Origin: Euprymna scolopes
Lineage: Eukaryota
Reading direction: 5' to 3' (one strand)
DNA: 64,000 nt
Assembly (NCBI GenBank): GCA_053919585.1
Contig: CM132799.1
Within the stretch, counting starts at the first letter, position 1, and every line of letters starts with the position of its first letter. The notes under the pieces were generated by a model that made no database searches, was not told where the DNA came from, and worked only from the letters and a program-made list of their open reading frames with translations. Position numbers and translations under genes: made by a program. This document shows positions 24,150 to 38,200 of this stretch, piece after piece.

Positions 24150-26570
24150 ATTTTTTTTACATAGGCGTCACCACATTATCAAGGCCCAGAGGCCACTCAA
24201 GGATAAGGGTTAAAGAGTGTTCAGTATAAATTGGTCAATATAGTAATCATTAGTAATGAAAATTTGGTACATTTGATAACTTATATGGAACGGCTCATCA
24301 AGAACTTATTTACTTTAGACTTGAAGACAACCATATTGTAGTCAGCCGGAAAGCAGGAAAACGGAAGACAATTCCACAGGCGTGCAATTCTAAGAAAAAG
24401 CGTTGTTCATGGATTCTACGTTTAGGTTTAGGCACAGATAAAGAGTGGGGGGAATTATTGATAGTGTTTACAGCTAGACGAGTGTTTCTTGTGAAAGTTT
24501 GGAGAGGGGGACCATAGAGTGAAGCTCAGTCGAACACTTTCCATTAAAATAACGATAAATCAGAGACAATCTCGCAACATCTTTTCTGTGCGATAGAGGT
24601 TGCAAGGAAGAGAAAAGGACATCTCCTACGAGGCTATGAAGTCTATTTTGAACTCTATCAAGGCAGGTCAAGTCCTTTCTAGCAGCTCCTGCCCAGATGT
24701 GGCAACAGTATTCCATCCTTGGACGTACCTGGCTCTTATATAGATAGAGAATAGCATCAGCAGTGAGATATCTACCGGATCAATAGAAAGATCCCACCAT
24801 TTTTCCAGCGGCCTTGGGAACAGATTTGATATACTTGTTCCATTTAAGATCAGGAGTAATGGTCAAGCCTAGAAGCTTGTCAAAACTCGAAGCCTCCTGA
24901 AGACGAGAGCCATTCATTTCAATTGATGACAAATGTGGATTAGAATGTTGATCATGTAAAGAGAGAAGCTTGGTTTTAGATGCATTAAAAGTAATCAGTC
25001 ACTCCTTTCCCCATTGTACTACGTGCTCAAGATCAGAGGAGAGAGAATTGGGGATAACTTGGTCGTTTACTGTCTTAGATGTGGTACCATAAATGGTAGT
25101 GTCGTCAGCATAAATGTCTACAAATGATGTAAGGATATTATTTGGAAGATCATTAATGTAGATCAGGAAAAGAGTTGGGCCCAGGATGGATCCCTGAGGG
25201 ACACCAGCATTAATACTGTGAGCTTCTGATTTTTGTCCCTCAACTACTACTCTTATGAACCTATCAGAAAGAAATCATTTAATAATTGAGAAGACTTTTC
25301 CAGCTATACCTTAGCTAGCGATTTTATGAAGTAAACCTTTATGCCATACCCTATCAAAGGCTTTAGATATGTCAAGAGCGATTGCCCTAGAAAGATTGCC
25401 ACCGTCGAGAGGTTTGCTAATCCTATGCGATATAACTGTAAGGACATCTGCTGTAGATCTAGCAGAACGGAAACCATATTGAGTGTCACTAAGAAGGTTA
25501 TTTTTGTTGAGATGTTTGATTACTTCTGTATTTAACACAGATTCTAGCAACTTACTCATGACGCACATGAGACTTATTGGCCTGTACTGAGAGGGGGATG
25601 AGCAATCACCTGAATTCTTAAATACAGGGCATACTGATGAGATTTTCCAGGGAGATGGGAAACTATTCTCCTTAAGACAACGTTTAAACAGTTTTGTAAG
25701 TATGGGCGCTAGTTCAGGTTGAAGTTTTTTGAGTACTATAATTGGAATACTATCAGGGCCAGTTGCTTTACTCGAATCAAAGTTTTTGATTAGCTTCGCA
25801 ACATCACGTACAGATATACGTATATCACATAGCGTGTTTTCTGATACATGAGGAAATATTGGGGGTTGGCGGCCTTGGTCGCAAAGGCTAGAATTAGCTG
25901 CAAAGTTCTTGACAAAGAGTTTGGCTTTGTCTGATGCTGACGAGATTACCTCAGGTCCATTGATGATAGTTGGGATGGAGCACACCCTTCTGTTCAGGAT
26001 TCTGTTTGCTATTTGCCAAAACTGGTGGGAACCAAGCCGCTGCTCAGCTACTTTGGACTTAACAGATTGAGCATACAACTCTCTTGCGTTCCTTATTACT
26101 TTCTTACAATGGTTGCTGGCAGTCCTGAAAACGGCTTTAGTTTCCATACATCTATTACGTTTGAAGCAGTGGAAAAAGTGATTTCGGTGCGCAATGGCAG
26201 CAGCACATTCTGGAGAGAACCATGACTGGCTGTTAGGTTTTTGCTGCAACTTTTTAGAGGGTATGAAATGGTCAATACCTACAATTAACCATTCAGTCAG
26301 GTCTAATACTATAGAGGACACATCCTTTTTAAACATGGAATGCAGAGGTAGATCAGATATAAATGTACGGAAGCTATCCCAGTCAGCCTTAGTGTATCGA
26401 TATACTGTACGATGAAGAGGTACGTCTGGGGACTTATTACATTTCATTTTTATTTTAATTGATACAACAGAGTGGTCGGAAGATCCAAGAGGCGACAGAA
26501 CAGAAACTGAACATAGTTCAGGGCAAGTTGTGAGAAAAAGGTCTAGTAGGCTCGCATACTGGCCGTCTTT
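24150..26570 (-). mobile_element. 5'-truncated, relatively young CR1/L2-group LINE (same family as 15558-17957)
   Basis: About 420 uninterrupted codons GQYASLLDLFLT..SSDHSVV..KATGPDSIP..YRPISL..LDISKAFDRVWH; after a stop, [10 protein letters not shown] and YADDTTIY (~25105); MEYCCHIWAGA; A-tail at 24150-24158. Confidence 0.96.
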
Positions 26571-28146
26571 ACCTACACTGATTATGACTATAATTAATAG
26601 TATGGCTATTGGTATACTTTCTCTATGTCTTAATCTATACATTTGTATATATGAGTGTATATGTAGGTATATATGGGTGTGTATGCATTGATATATTGTG
26701 TAAGTGTGCGCATTTGTGTGTATAAGTAGTTGTACGGTTACATATGCATATAGGTATGCGTGCATGCATGTGTACATGTGTATATATGTGTATTCATATG
26801 TTTATATGTGAGTATGTGTGTATGTGAATACATGTGTAGAAAGTATTACCAGTTAAATATTATTAAATAGTTATGGATATTACCGATCTTTAGATACTTT
26901 TAAGTAAGGTATTATTATTACTTTATTATTTTTGTTGTAGTTTATTTAACATTGAACTATTACCGTAGGGATTACAAAATAAAAATAAAACGTTATATTA
27001 ATACCCTTTGCCTTTGTTTTACAATTCACTCATAAACAGTAGTATATTCTAAACCTGTATTCCAATCCTTCCTTTTAAGTGAAACTATAAAGGCGTATAA
27101 AATTAACAAGAATAGCACCTTATGAATAGTATATATAATTTGAGTTGATGGAAGAAATTCAATTTAACTGACAAAGGAATTAAAGATCTAACTAGTATAA
27201 ATTTTGACAAAACGCATTGTTCCATTTGCGTTTTGGCCTCCTCTGTTTTTTTTATTTTTATTCTTATCTCTATGTTTCGTCTTATTCCCTTTTCCTCACC
27301 TGGCCCTGTCTCTATATCCAGTACACAATCTGACCTCAATTAAGTGACCGGTCAACCTTTTTTTATGAATCTTTGAACTTTATTTAAAGAGANNNNNNNN
27401 NNNNNNNNNNNNNNNNNNNNNNNNNNNNNNNNNNNNNNNNNNNNNNNNNNNNNNNNNNNNNNNNNNNNNNNNNNNNNNNNNNNNNNNNNNNNNNNNNNNN
27501 NNNNNNNNNNNNNNNNNNNNNNTATATATGGGTGCGTGTGTATGTATATATATATATAGTTATATATATACACATGTTCACCCCACTTCTTACCTTTCAC
27601 CACTACCTCATCTCCTTACAACTAACACCTCACCCCACTAATAATAATAAAGAATTGTAATGACAAGGTTTCCACCAGACTCTGAATGACTTTCGCTGGA
27701 CCCACAAACAAATTTATACAAGAATTTGCCCGATTCGGATATCTACTCAGCTATGCGGATTACCCAATATACAACTTGGATCTTATTACCCAACTGCTGT
27801 AAAGAACTTTCATCATGTATTTTACCACCCAATCTGGATCTATAAGTTTCATATCCTTTTCTTCAAATCCTCTTGCTACAGGACTTCTGATTAATAATTA
27901 TTTTGACTTTGACTTTCCATGTCTCACTGACTTTAGCATAGCGGGTACATACCTTTATAAATATTTGGTAATATTTTCTCTCCTCTCATGAAATGGTAGA
28001 CACAGAAAACCTATAGGTGAAGGAGATTAATTTTCAAACGTATTTTTTATCTAGCTTAGAATAAGAAAAATGTTTGACATGAAACTCAAATAATTGATTT
28101 CAATAAGGATTTTTTTGAAATTTATTTAATCACACTTTATATATAT

Positions 28147-28217
<71 letters not shown>

Positions 28218-29149
28218 GACGTGTCCGTTCCGGGCACTAACAAATGCCCCTAATATTATCAATGTCTAGTCTCTGGGTATACGGGTTTTATATGTGTTAA
28301 ATATTTAAGCATCCCTAGAAACACACCGTCCTATCAAGCCCTTTCGTTTCTGATATGTAGGTGTAGGCGTGACCATTAAAGCGGATGCGACGCGCGAAAA
28401 CACGAAATAATTAAAAGTCACACAAAACAGCCTCGAGCAGGAACCGACTCCGTCTGTACTCGATCGATTACTTGATCTAGATCAAAATATATGATAAAAC
28501 AGAATTTTAATTTTCTTTGACAAACAATGTTGATACTAGGGGAAAGAAAACAGCCGGACTTCCTTATTGGCTTAATGAGAATCATTTTCTCATAAGAGTT
28601 ACAAACGACGACTCGAAATTGGAGAGTGACGTATGTCTGACAATTATGTTTGCAACATGCTTCCATAATATTCGCATGGTGGGTGTGTATATCTAGACGG
28701 GCAGAATTCAATATAAAATTATACTTTATTTTAGTGCATAGTAAAATCTGTATATCAAAGTAATGCATAAGTCATAATATTCGAGCATCGTGAATTATAC
28801 TTATTAAACATAGTTTATATCTGTATCATAAATTAGACTTATTTAGCAAGTAATTTGTACTTTATAACTTTATTTTGGTGGTGTTATCAATTAATGGCCC
28901 TTGTTTTTGCATGGAGAACTATATCTAACATTCTAATTATATTATGGATTACACGTTAAATATTTATCCTAAATTTTATCATATCAAATTAAATATATCT
29001 AATTTCTCCTTCCATACATGTCTTATACTTATGTTCTATTTTTTCACTTACTTCTAGGATGCAATCTATTTTAAATTATCCTAATTAAAATTTTGTCGCG
29101 GGTTCATAATTATAGCAGGTACGTGTCTTAATACTAACTCAATAATCAC

Positions 29150-31000
29150 TAACTTCTCTTTGCGGGCGTATAGGACATATCCCTGTGCAGAGTTTAGCTT
29201 GTGTCAGACCATCTATCATGAAGAAAAAATCTCCAATGCTGAATGTATATCATTTACCGCATAGAAACTTGCACGTTAAAAATGGGGAAAGGGGGTATCC
29301 TTTATATATTCGACAACACATCTAGACTTATCGACACAAATAAATTACAGGTTTGCACGGATAACTCAGCCTTTATTTTCTGACTACTATTGCATTACTC
29401 TCTTCGAAAATTGGACATTTTGGTCCTCACTTTCCCCGTATATATATACGCGATTTGTCTAGGCCACTTGTATCTAAAATGTTTAAGGCAACAGGTTTGA
29501 CGTATTTTCCCGGTGCTGTATTCCGACAATTCCTGACAGCATAAATTCAGCATACTCCCTAGCACCCAGTGTCCAAGTACAAAGATTTTGTGACTGCATT
29601 GTCAAGCTGAGTAATTTGCTATCGATTATTTGTTTTCAAGAGTCGGTTTATAGCACAATATATATCTTTATTATATTACATTCCCGACAAAAAGAGTAAC
29701 GTTCTTGACCTGTTTCCCAAAACAATCACTCCAGCAAGCCTCCGTTCAAGCCATTTTTTTCCGTAGTTGCTGAAAGGTGTGTTATATATCCATTGTATAT
29801 GAGATTATGCTCAATATGCACTAATAATAAAAGTGATCACTCTAAATTATTCACGCCAACGGCAAGGGTTATTACTCAAAACGACATAGTACTAGAAACA
29901 ACTGACTAAGAAGTCATCAAAGAGTACCGCAGACATGCTCTATAGGGTAATACCTTTTTCTCTTCCTGTGCATGTTCTTACACTCTCGCTAATAGTTTAA
30001 CTCCTCTTTTTGCATCTGAAGATTTATCTGACATTAGTTCAGTGCCAATAGCCTAACGTAAGTAAAGCTTGTAATAAATGTGAGCGCTAAATCGACGCAG
30101 ATAAGAATATGCATACCGAAACTAAATGGAAAATAATTGAGTTGCTGAAATAAAGTAGACAATAGACACACGTGCTTTAGTGTAAATTTAAAGAGTGTAG
30201 GAAATTATGGACAGCCACAAATTCCCTCACTATCGACCGACCTTACCTTATTCCACGGAATCCGAGAAAGCTAAATTGTTCCCATGATTTACTTCTAACT
30301 GGATTTTGCGCCAAACAAACCACTCAGTCTTTCATTTGCAGACAATAAACTTCTCCCCATAATCTTAAAATCGCCTATTCTGCAGTCCGTTTTATCAGAA
30401 AAAAAATAGCAAAGCAGGTCGAAGATCTGTGAGCCTGATCTGACCCAACTATACTATTAAAATAATGTTCCGGTGATATTGACCCTGTTCTCATCAACCT
30501 CTTTCACAAACGCGTTACGGGATATTGCTTTCCTGATTTTGTCATAATTGTTGGGAAGTAACAGTTTAAACAGGGGCAATCACAATAGTAACTCGCAGAT
30601 AAAAGTTTGTAAGTGTTCAGTAGTAAGTCAGACAGCCGTTCTATGACAATAATTTCTGCATAGAATTTAGTAGAATGAGACAATCTTATATAATATGCAG
30701 CGGAATCAAAATAAACTGTATATGTTGTAGTCAGCTGAGAAGTAGCTGAACAAAGTTCTCCAGGCCGGTAATTCTAGTAAATAGGTGTTATTCATGAAGT
30801 TTTCATTTAGAGTTAGGCATAGCTAAAGATGAGGGGTGCTGTTCGTAGTAGTTGTTGTTTGACGATTTCTTATTATAACCTTTCGGCGGAGGTCTGTCTC
30901 CGTAAAAATAACGATACAGCAGATCGAAACATCTATTTTGTTGGAACGAGGGTTCAAATATAAGAAAAATCAATTGCCTACAAGATATCACAGCTTTTTT
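29150..31000. mobile_element. Highly decayed LINE remnants (CR1/L2-group)
   Basis: Scattered motifs: ESEKAKLF (~30260, plus strand) and FDLLYRYFYG (~30910, minus strand). Confidence 0.4.
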
Positions 31001-34000
31001 TTTAAAACTCCGTTAAGGAAGGATAGCTGCTCCTAGTATCATCTCCATAGATTTGCTACAAATACCCTATTTCAATCCGTATTTGAATCATATACACGGA
31101 GAAAGATGTGCCGGGAGTGGCTCGGGAACTGTCGCGGAAGAATGACACGACTATTTTTCCAGTGACGGACAACATATTTTATGTAATCCGTGCATTACAT
31201 ATCAGAGGGTATGGTCGAACTCGGCACATAGTTTAAACAGAGTACTTATTTGATACATGACCTATTCATTTCAATCAAGACCAAGTGGCGATATTAGCTT
31301 AGTTTGGGATGGGTTGAAATAATCAATCGCCTTTTGCTCGATTGTACAACGTGCTTAAGTTCAGAGCAGAAAACCTAATCTTCATTGTTGATGCCTTTGA
31401 AATTTTCCTATAGACGGTAGTGTCGTTAACGTATATTTCGAGAAGTGAATAATATGGTTTAAGACACTATTTATAGATGTCAGTAAGAGATTTTCGTCCA
31501 GAACATATGCCTTAGCAACATCAGTGGTGATACTCTGTTCTTCAGACTTCTGCGCCTTATGTTGCAGAAGAAGAATTGGATTGTTCAATAGTCAGTGGCC
31601 TTCTAAATAATTGTATGCAATAGTCTGTCAAATATTTTTAATATTTCGAATATTATTTCTTTAGAGATGGATCCCGTGTCGATATATTCACTGTTCCGAT
31701 GTGAAATTACAGTTAGTAGAACATCTGTAAACTTCTTAAGACGAAACCATATTGTTTTTAGATTGGGTAATTTACACTTTTTTTTATTTTGTCTTAAATT
31801 AATGTAGATTACTCATGAGGCAAACGGCATTAATTTTAAATATTGTTATATAAAAGAAGTTACACAAACTGATGGAAAGCATTGTCATTTTAATACTTCT
31901 TGAAGTACTTTGCAATGACGTGTGCTAGCGAGGCTTTGATAATGTTGTATAAAAACGGGAGAAAAACTGTTATCATTGTTGCTCACGTGAAACATGATGT
32001 TTTTTTATTTAAATACAATCTTATATCAGATGCAGACAAATTACCTCTGGCCGGTTTATATTGTGCTCGATTTATGACGCGCATCTAGTCAAGATTTCGT
32101 TCGTTTTACGCCATAAATCATGACAGACATCCCTGCGGTTTTCTACTTAGAACTTGGTGAATTAATCCCTCTTATTGTCTCCAATCATAGTTACATTAAT
32201 TCCTGAGATTCATAGAAGCGATTTTATTTGAAAAATACGTGTTTCGTTTATAATAGTTTTTTTTCTCGAAATTACTCTGATAAAGAACGACTGTGATGCA
32301 CAATAGCTAGTGATTCATTTTATTTTAATGTATTAACAGATAAGTAATTATAGATCCTGGCGATTATCTAATCACTTTACTTTATCCCAATAATAGACGC
32401 GTTCTTTTCGAACAAATAGCGAATGGACGTCCCGATATATCCGCTCGCAAATCTATCCTAGTCAGTCATATAGTATCAATAAACTGTTCTATGGGATGGA
32501 TGTTTTAGGTTTAGCTGTACTTAGTTTTATCTTTATTTAAACAACCGAAAATTTTAGCGGAGATAGAACTGAGAATCCTCAAGTCATGTTGTTGAAAATA
32601 TTTAAAGAAAAAACCTGAAAACTGTCTGTTATAAAATCGCCATGATTATTGCACTACGTTAACTGCTCGCTTTCTGTATTTTGTAAATCATTGCCAATTA
32701 ATAATTTAAAATAACTGCATCAACACTTATTTATAGTAACGACCACATAATTGACATCCTGCACCTTACTTTTCTTTATCTGGACACCCCATTAACTTTA
32801 GCTGTACAATCAAAGTTTGGAACCGAGTATGTACCAAGACTATCACTTATTAGAATATGATAACCTAGACTGAACCATTAATATTCACTTTTCTTTCTAC
32901 TTCCATGACATACCGAAAACCATTCGTGAGTACTTTCATTTAAGCGACCATCATTATACTATACGCGGCGTTTTCATCTCATCAGCATTGAGATACTAGG
33001 TACTATATATCCTACATTTGGCTAATCAAGGATACACTCCACTATTGTTAGATATGAAAGATATGTGTTTTGACAAAGTATAACGCCTATCACAACGCTT
33101 CCGGTGAACTGCTGCGAGTTTAACCGCAATTAACTGTTCAGTCCGCGCGCTCCAGCAGCCCCTCCGACAACCCTAGATGATACCAATGCTTTGAGTTGTT
33201 GGCTTATATATAAGACGTATCCTTCCATCGTTGTCGTAGACCGGCATTCCTAGTAGTCGGGCGCTGAAAATTTTCAGCTAGCACACAAGGACAAATCCCC
33301 TGTTTCAGATGTGCCTTTGTGACCTATGACATACCAGCCGAGCTAGTTTTTGATAAGTATACTACGTAACCATTTCTGACTGATTTTAGGTCAATCATAT
33401 ATTATAGTCCGTAGCGTTCCTACAAAGGAACTGCAGTGCGGAAGTTGGTGTTACAAAACTAGAAGCTTTCCGAATAGATTACACTGACCAATCTGGAATC
33501 ATTGATATAGACACATTCGAACGAGCAATGCTGCAGTATGTAAATACCATATAAATACATAATATTTGTGATGCCATGTGCATTTCAGTCGTCCTAGTTG
33601 GAAGTTCATGCATATTATGCCAGGTATTACAACCGATTACATAAAACCTAGCGTAATACATGCATTACACGGGAAGACCCTATGTAAGCATGCACATTGA
33701 CTACCACCACTCATTGTCATGTGAATCTCCAATACCACGTCGGATCTCATGCAATAAATAGGATATAACTGGCGTCATCATCGAAGTTCACCAGTTTGGC
33801 AAATTTGTAAGGCGAACGAATCAAGAAGGGTAAGGCACAGCAAAGGAAGTTACTAAGTTAATAAGAAGATCGATGTTGACATAAAACTCTACGTGTCGAC
33901 GCAGCACCAACATATGTATAGAATATCTCAACACTCGCACCTAGTGGTGATCCCATATTAATTTTGGATTTCCTTTGAAAATATCAATACCACATAGGTA

Positions 34001-34619
34001 CATAGTGTATTACTATTGGGATACTGAGGATTGGGTATTGATGTAAAGTTAGAATATAATTAAGTGAAGGAATTGATAAGGAAATAATTAAACGTGTACC
34101 AGGTTCACAATAACATAGTGAATATAATTTGTTCTCCCGTAATCAGATGTTACTATCTGGACTGTTGGAACATAGGCATCAAATGTTACAAAAAGAAATA
34201 TTATATTATGGCGATAGAACTAACCTATTATCTTATTTCCTGGTTAGATTTTGTCATATTTTCGCTAAACTATTTTAAATGTTAAAAAATACAGGACTAG
34301 TTCACAACTACATAGATGTAAAACTACTTTGTGACTAACCGTACGGATAGAGAAAACTCTGTAATACTGTAGAGATCATAATTGTAATCTCTTAATATAT
34401 TTACCACATACTAGATAAGTAATATACACTAAAGGGCAATGGTATTTCGGAGAAATAGTAAACAGTATAAAATCTTCCACAAATAAAGGAACATGCATGC
34501 TTCCGTCGGTCAACACACGGCGAACCAGCATGCAATGAATTGGAATGTATCCTAGGGGGTCTGCCCTTGAAACTTTACAATTCATCTTCATAAATTGTTT
34601 ATCTTTAAAATTGTATTTT

Positions 34620-37600
34620 TGGTGTAGACTGGCCCAGTGAAAGAAACACTTTCAACTGTTTGTTTTTCATGGATTTCTATCGCTTATAACATTCTCCGTA
34701 TTACAGTTTATGTCGGACAAGATTTGATCAAAAACTTTCAAATGAAAATTTTAACATTTTTTACTTACAGTTCATTTTCTATAACACTTTAAGCGGTAAC
34801 TTCATTAGGTTTTATAATAAACCAAAACTCGTGCATTTTTACTAATGCTTTCAGTGTCAATCTTTCACAGTAAGGTTGACTTCCCCATCATATCATACAG
34901 ATGGCTATCCCTACTCAACCTCGATTAATATAAGTCAGTATTTTTCAAAATTATCGCACTATCTTCCCCTCTACTTCATCGTCAAAAACAGGAACATGTT
35001 TCATATTGTAAAATTACTCAATTTTATCAGTGCCCTTAATCCACTCTACATACGTGAACTCACTCCCCAGAAAATAAACACTACTGGCACATTCATCTGG
35101 AGGGAGTATTCCGGTGTGACAAATAGTTCTGCCTTTGAAAAACGTCAAACAGGGCTTATTTAATAAAAATATGTTAGAGAATCTCCCTGATACAACTGAA
35201 TAGTGGTATACTTGCCTTGAAATCATTGGTTTCCTCTCCATCCTGCATTTTCTGTAATGTGAAAAATGCTTTTTTTGTACTCTTTTGATTACTCGGTAGG
35301 AACCTCGATCTCTTTTCAAACCCTGTACACGGTCGACACCCAATCACATCCTGTAGATCAATGCAGAAAGCATAGGTCAGTGCACTCTGCTTAACAAAGC
35401 ACATGGTTGTTAACATTGATCTGAAACAGCAAGAGGACAAACATATGTGTGTTCTCTGTAATAAGGGGTGTCGGTCCCAAAGCAGACGGACTGATATCTG
35501 CCTCTCCAATCACCAAGTAACATTCCCTTTGGAGTGAATAACACCACGTATCTTCTGCCTCATTCGTTCTACGATCATTAAAAGCAGTGCTAATTTAATG
35601 TGCACATTCGGTGAGAAGGATATCTTGTTCTTGAATATATTGTTGCCTCTGTATTCATTTTGTTTACATTAAACTATCAATTTTGCCTCCGATGCGTACA
35701 TACTTTTACAATTAAACTAAAATAATAAGCACAATCGCTCATCCATAATCTCCGACGGAGAATGATGAAGAAGCGCCTGCAATCGAACTGTAAGTGTTTC
35801 CTTACTTCTTTTTTAGGCGGTGAACAATAGACCCTTTGTCCAGTACGTTCTATCCTGAGTCTAGAGGAGTTCGCTGTACACTATTGTCTGATTATGTTTT
35901 AACATAGTTTCTGATTGCCTTGCCAGTTATTGTTTTTCCGCGTGAGGAAAGTGGTTTTCTTCCGTAAAACTCAGATACGTTAACAACACAGTACATAGGA
36001 CATAATCTAAGCTAGCAGAATAATGGTATGCATACTCTTTCACGACGAGACTCATTGCATTCAAACATCCTTTGTTAGAATAGAATAAGAAAACACCGAT
36101 TGCCCTCCATTTCTCTTGCGATGCCTTTTTCTGATTTAGAAGATTTCCTGCAAATTTACGTATTCGTTAGCATTAATTCTTATGCGGATATTGCGTAAGT
36201 GTACATCAGTAGAAAACGGCGTTACTCTGTGTAGTTTTTACGCAACTTTTTCGAGATGAATCCTGTCTGTTTTCTAGCAAGACGCAGAAAACTTACATTG
36301 TTCACTTGTTACAAAAAGTAAAATATTGTATGAATATCGCAGTAAATTATATGTCCCACACTGTTCTCCAGTGTTCGCACGCCTCTCCTCGCCCACACCC
36401 GCCTTGATATTTCAGTGATCCCAAGTATTTTATGACGCGTTTGAGTATGTGAAAACTAGACTGAGACATCTGCTATTCAACAGAATACCCGTCATTCAAA
36501 GCACACATTTTAGAAGATATAGAAGAGCTGATATCAGATAAAGAGAATGGGCAGCAACTTCATATATTGGCAGCCAAGGCAAAAGAAAAAGTACTGACAT
36601 TCCTCACCCAATGTCTCATCTAATCAACTTAACCATATGCCTTAACTCTACATGGTATGTACTAAAGAATTAACAATTTATTACTCTTTTCTTGTGTCCT
36701 TCACTATTCCCACATTAATGGGTTGTGAATAATGTGTATGCAGTTTGATTCCATCAATTAATCTAGATCATACGAGACAGTCTCCATGAACATTTAAAAG
36801 TTCCTCGGCTTGGTCTTAAAAACCAGGTTTATCCTCTATAAACCTGGCAACAATTCATCCGTATGAGGAACTTATCTAATAGTAGCTGACCATGAAAAAC
36901 TCTATGAGCTGCCGTTCAGCACATTATGTGTAGGAGGGCATTTTCACTCTGTTGTGTATCGATAATTAGTTTGGGTTCAATACTATCTATCATAGTTCCA
37001 ATGGCGCAAAACTAATTCCTGAGGAAACGGAAGATGCTACGCAACAGAATCACACTCTTCATTTGACTATAAACGTAAACAGCGCTTAGGATTTCAGACA
37101 CTTTCCAAAATAGAAGTTGACCAAACATATCGATAGACGGTATGTTGTGTTTGACTATATAGTGCATAGGTTATTTAGGGAGGACCAGATACAGCTTTTA
37201 TCTCCTGAAGTCAGATTTATCATTAGGAAGAATTGCACTACTGATTTACACGCATATTTGTACACCTTATGCTTCGTCAAATGGGCGTACTTATGTCGAA
37301 GTTAAAGAAAACATATTTTCCAAAACAAAGCACACCTAGCAATGAAAGTTATCCGATGTGTATGGGACCGACATAAATTGTAAGCAGCAGTAGACATGTT
37401 TTGAAAATGATTATCGATGAATTCGAACTTCGTTATTTCAGGAAGGATCTAGGTCGCCATTTTTTGCCGTCGTATACCATGACTGATGAAGTCTGCTCAA
37501 ATGTTATAATGTTATAATGCTCGTTCTCTTTTTCAAGTAACAGGAATCGACCGAGAATATCAGTTTTATCGCTTATCACAATGGGAGGAACAGAACACAC

Positions 37601-38200
37601 CGCGTTTATTTCAAAACTCTGTTCCTCTGGATATGATGAAGCAAAACCGATATTTAAAAGACTATCAATAAATAACTGTCTATACAAATAGCGCATTTGC
37701 ATCGCGACGCCTAGCAGTAGAGGGGCAATAATAGCCCTTTGACGCACTGATGTAATGAGTGTTTGTTCGATGTCAGTAACTTTACTCGGCGTGTGTTTTC
37801 AAATAAATAATTGCTGTTACAATAACCGGAAACTTTATGAAATAACATATAATGTGGTTGATAGTTTCAGTTCAGTTGTTTATGCGTACGTATCCTCCAT
37901 TGACGTAACTCTCATCGAGATATCGGTTTTGATGTGGTTTGCTATAGTTTGGAGGCTAGATCCGCTCTGTGCTTTCTCATCGTCCTCTCAAAGTTATTTG
38001 TTGTATTCACGGCGAGTGACACAGCTTGTTTTTCTAAATGTCAAAATGCTTGACGCCACTAATGACTTAATACACAAACACAGAGTCTTGATGTACACTT
38101 AGAAGCTTTACTCTGAAGTATAGATTTCCGTATGCAGTGGATGTACTGCATCGCAAGTATTCTCTCGTTAATGCTCATCATATAAGCTGGGATTCAGACT
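34620..38200 (-). mobile_element. Highly degenerate Academ (AcademX-type) DNA transposon
   Basis: RQRAIIAPLLLGVAMQM..FIDSLLNIGFASSYPEEQSFE (Academ transposase region); XPG/FEN1-like GEADI..ITENTHMFVLLLF and LCFLH*STGCDWVS at ~35340-35510; boundaries approximate. Confidence 0.72.

Noticed and set aside
26571-26777. N-terminal ~70 aa of the 488-aa ORF as a novel LINE fusion
   Set aside because: Chance read-through of low-complexity (TG/TA) flank upstream of the truncation point
31040-33910. Possible decayed Gypsy LTR element on the minus strand (PBS-like TGGTGCTGCG ~33909; PILLL..ITTD ~31550) or piggyBac (FVGTLR, WKDT)
   Set aside because: Motifs too short and mutually inconsistent to call without an HMM search
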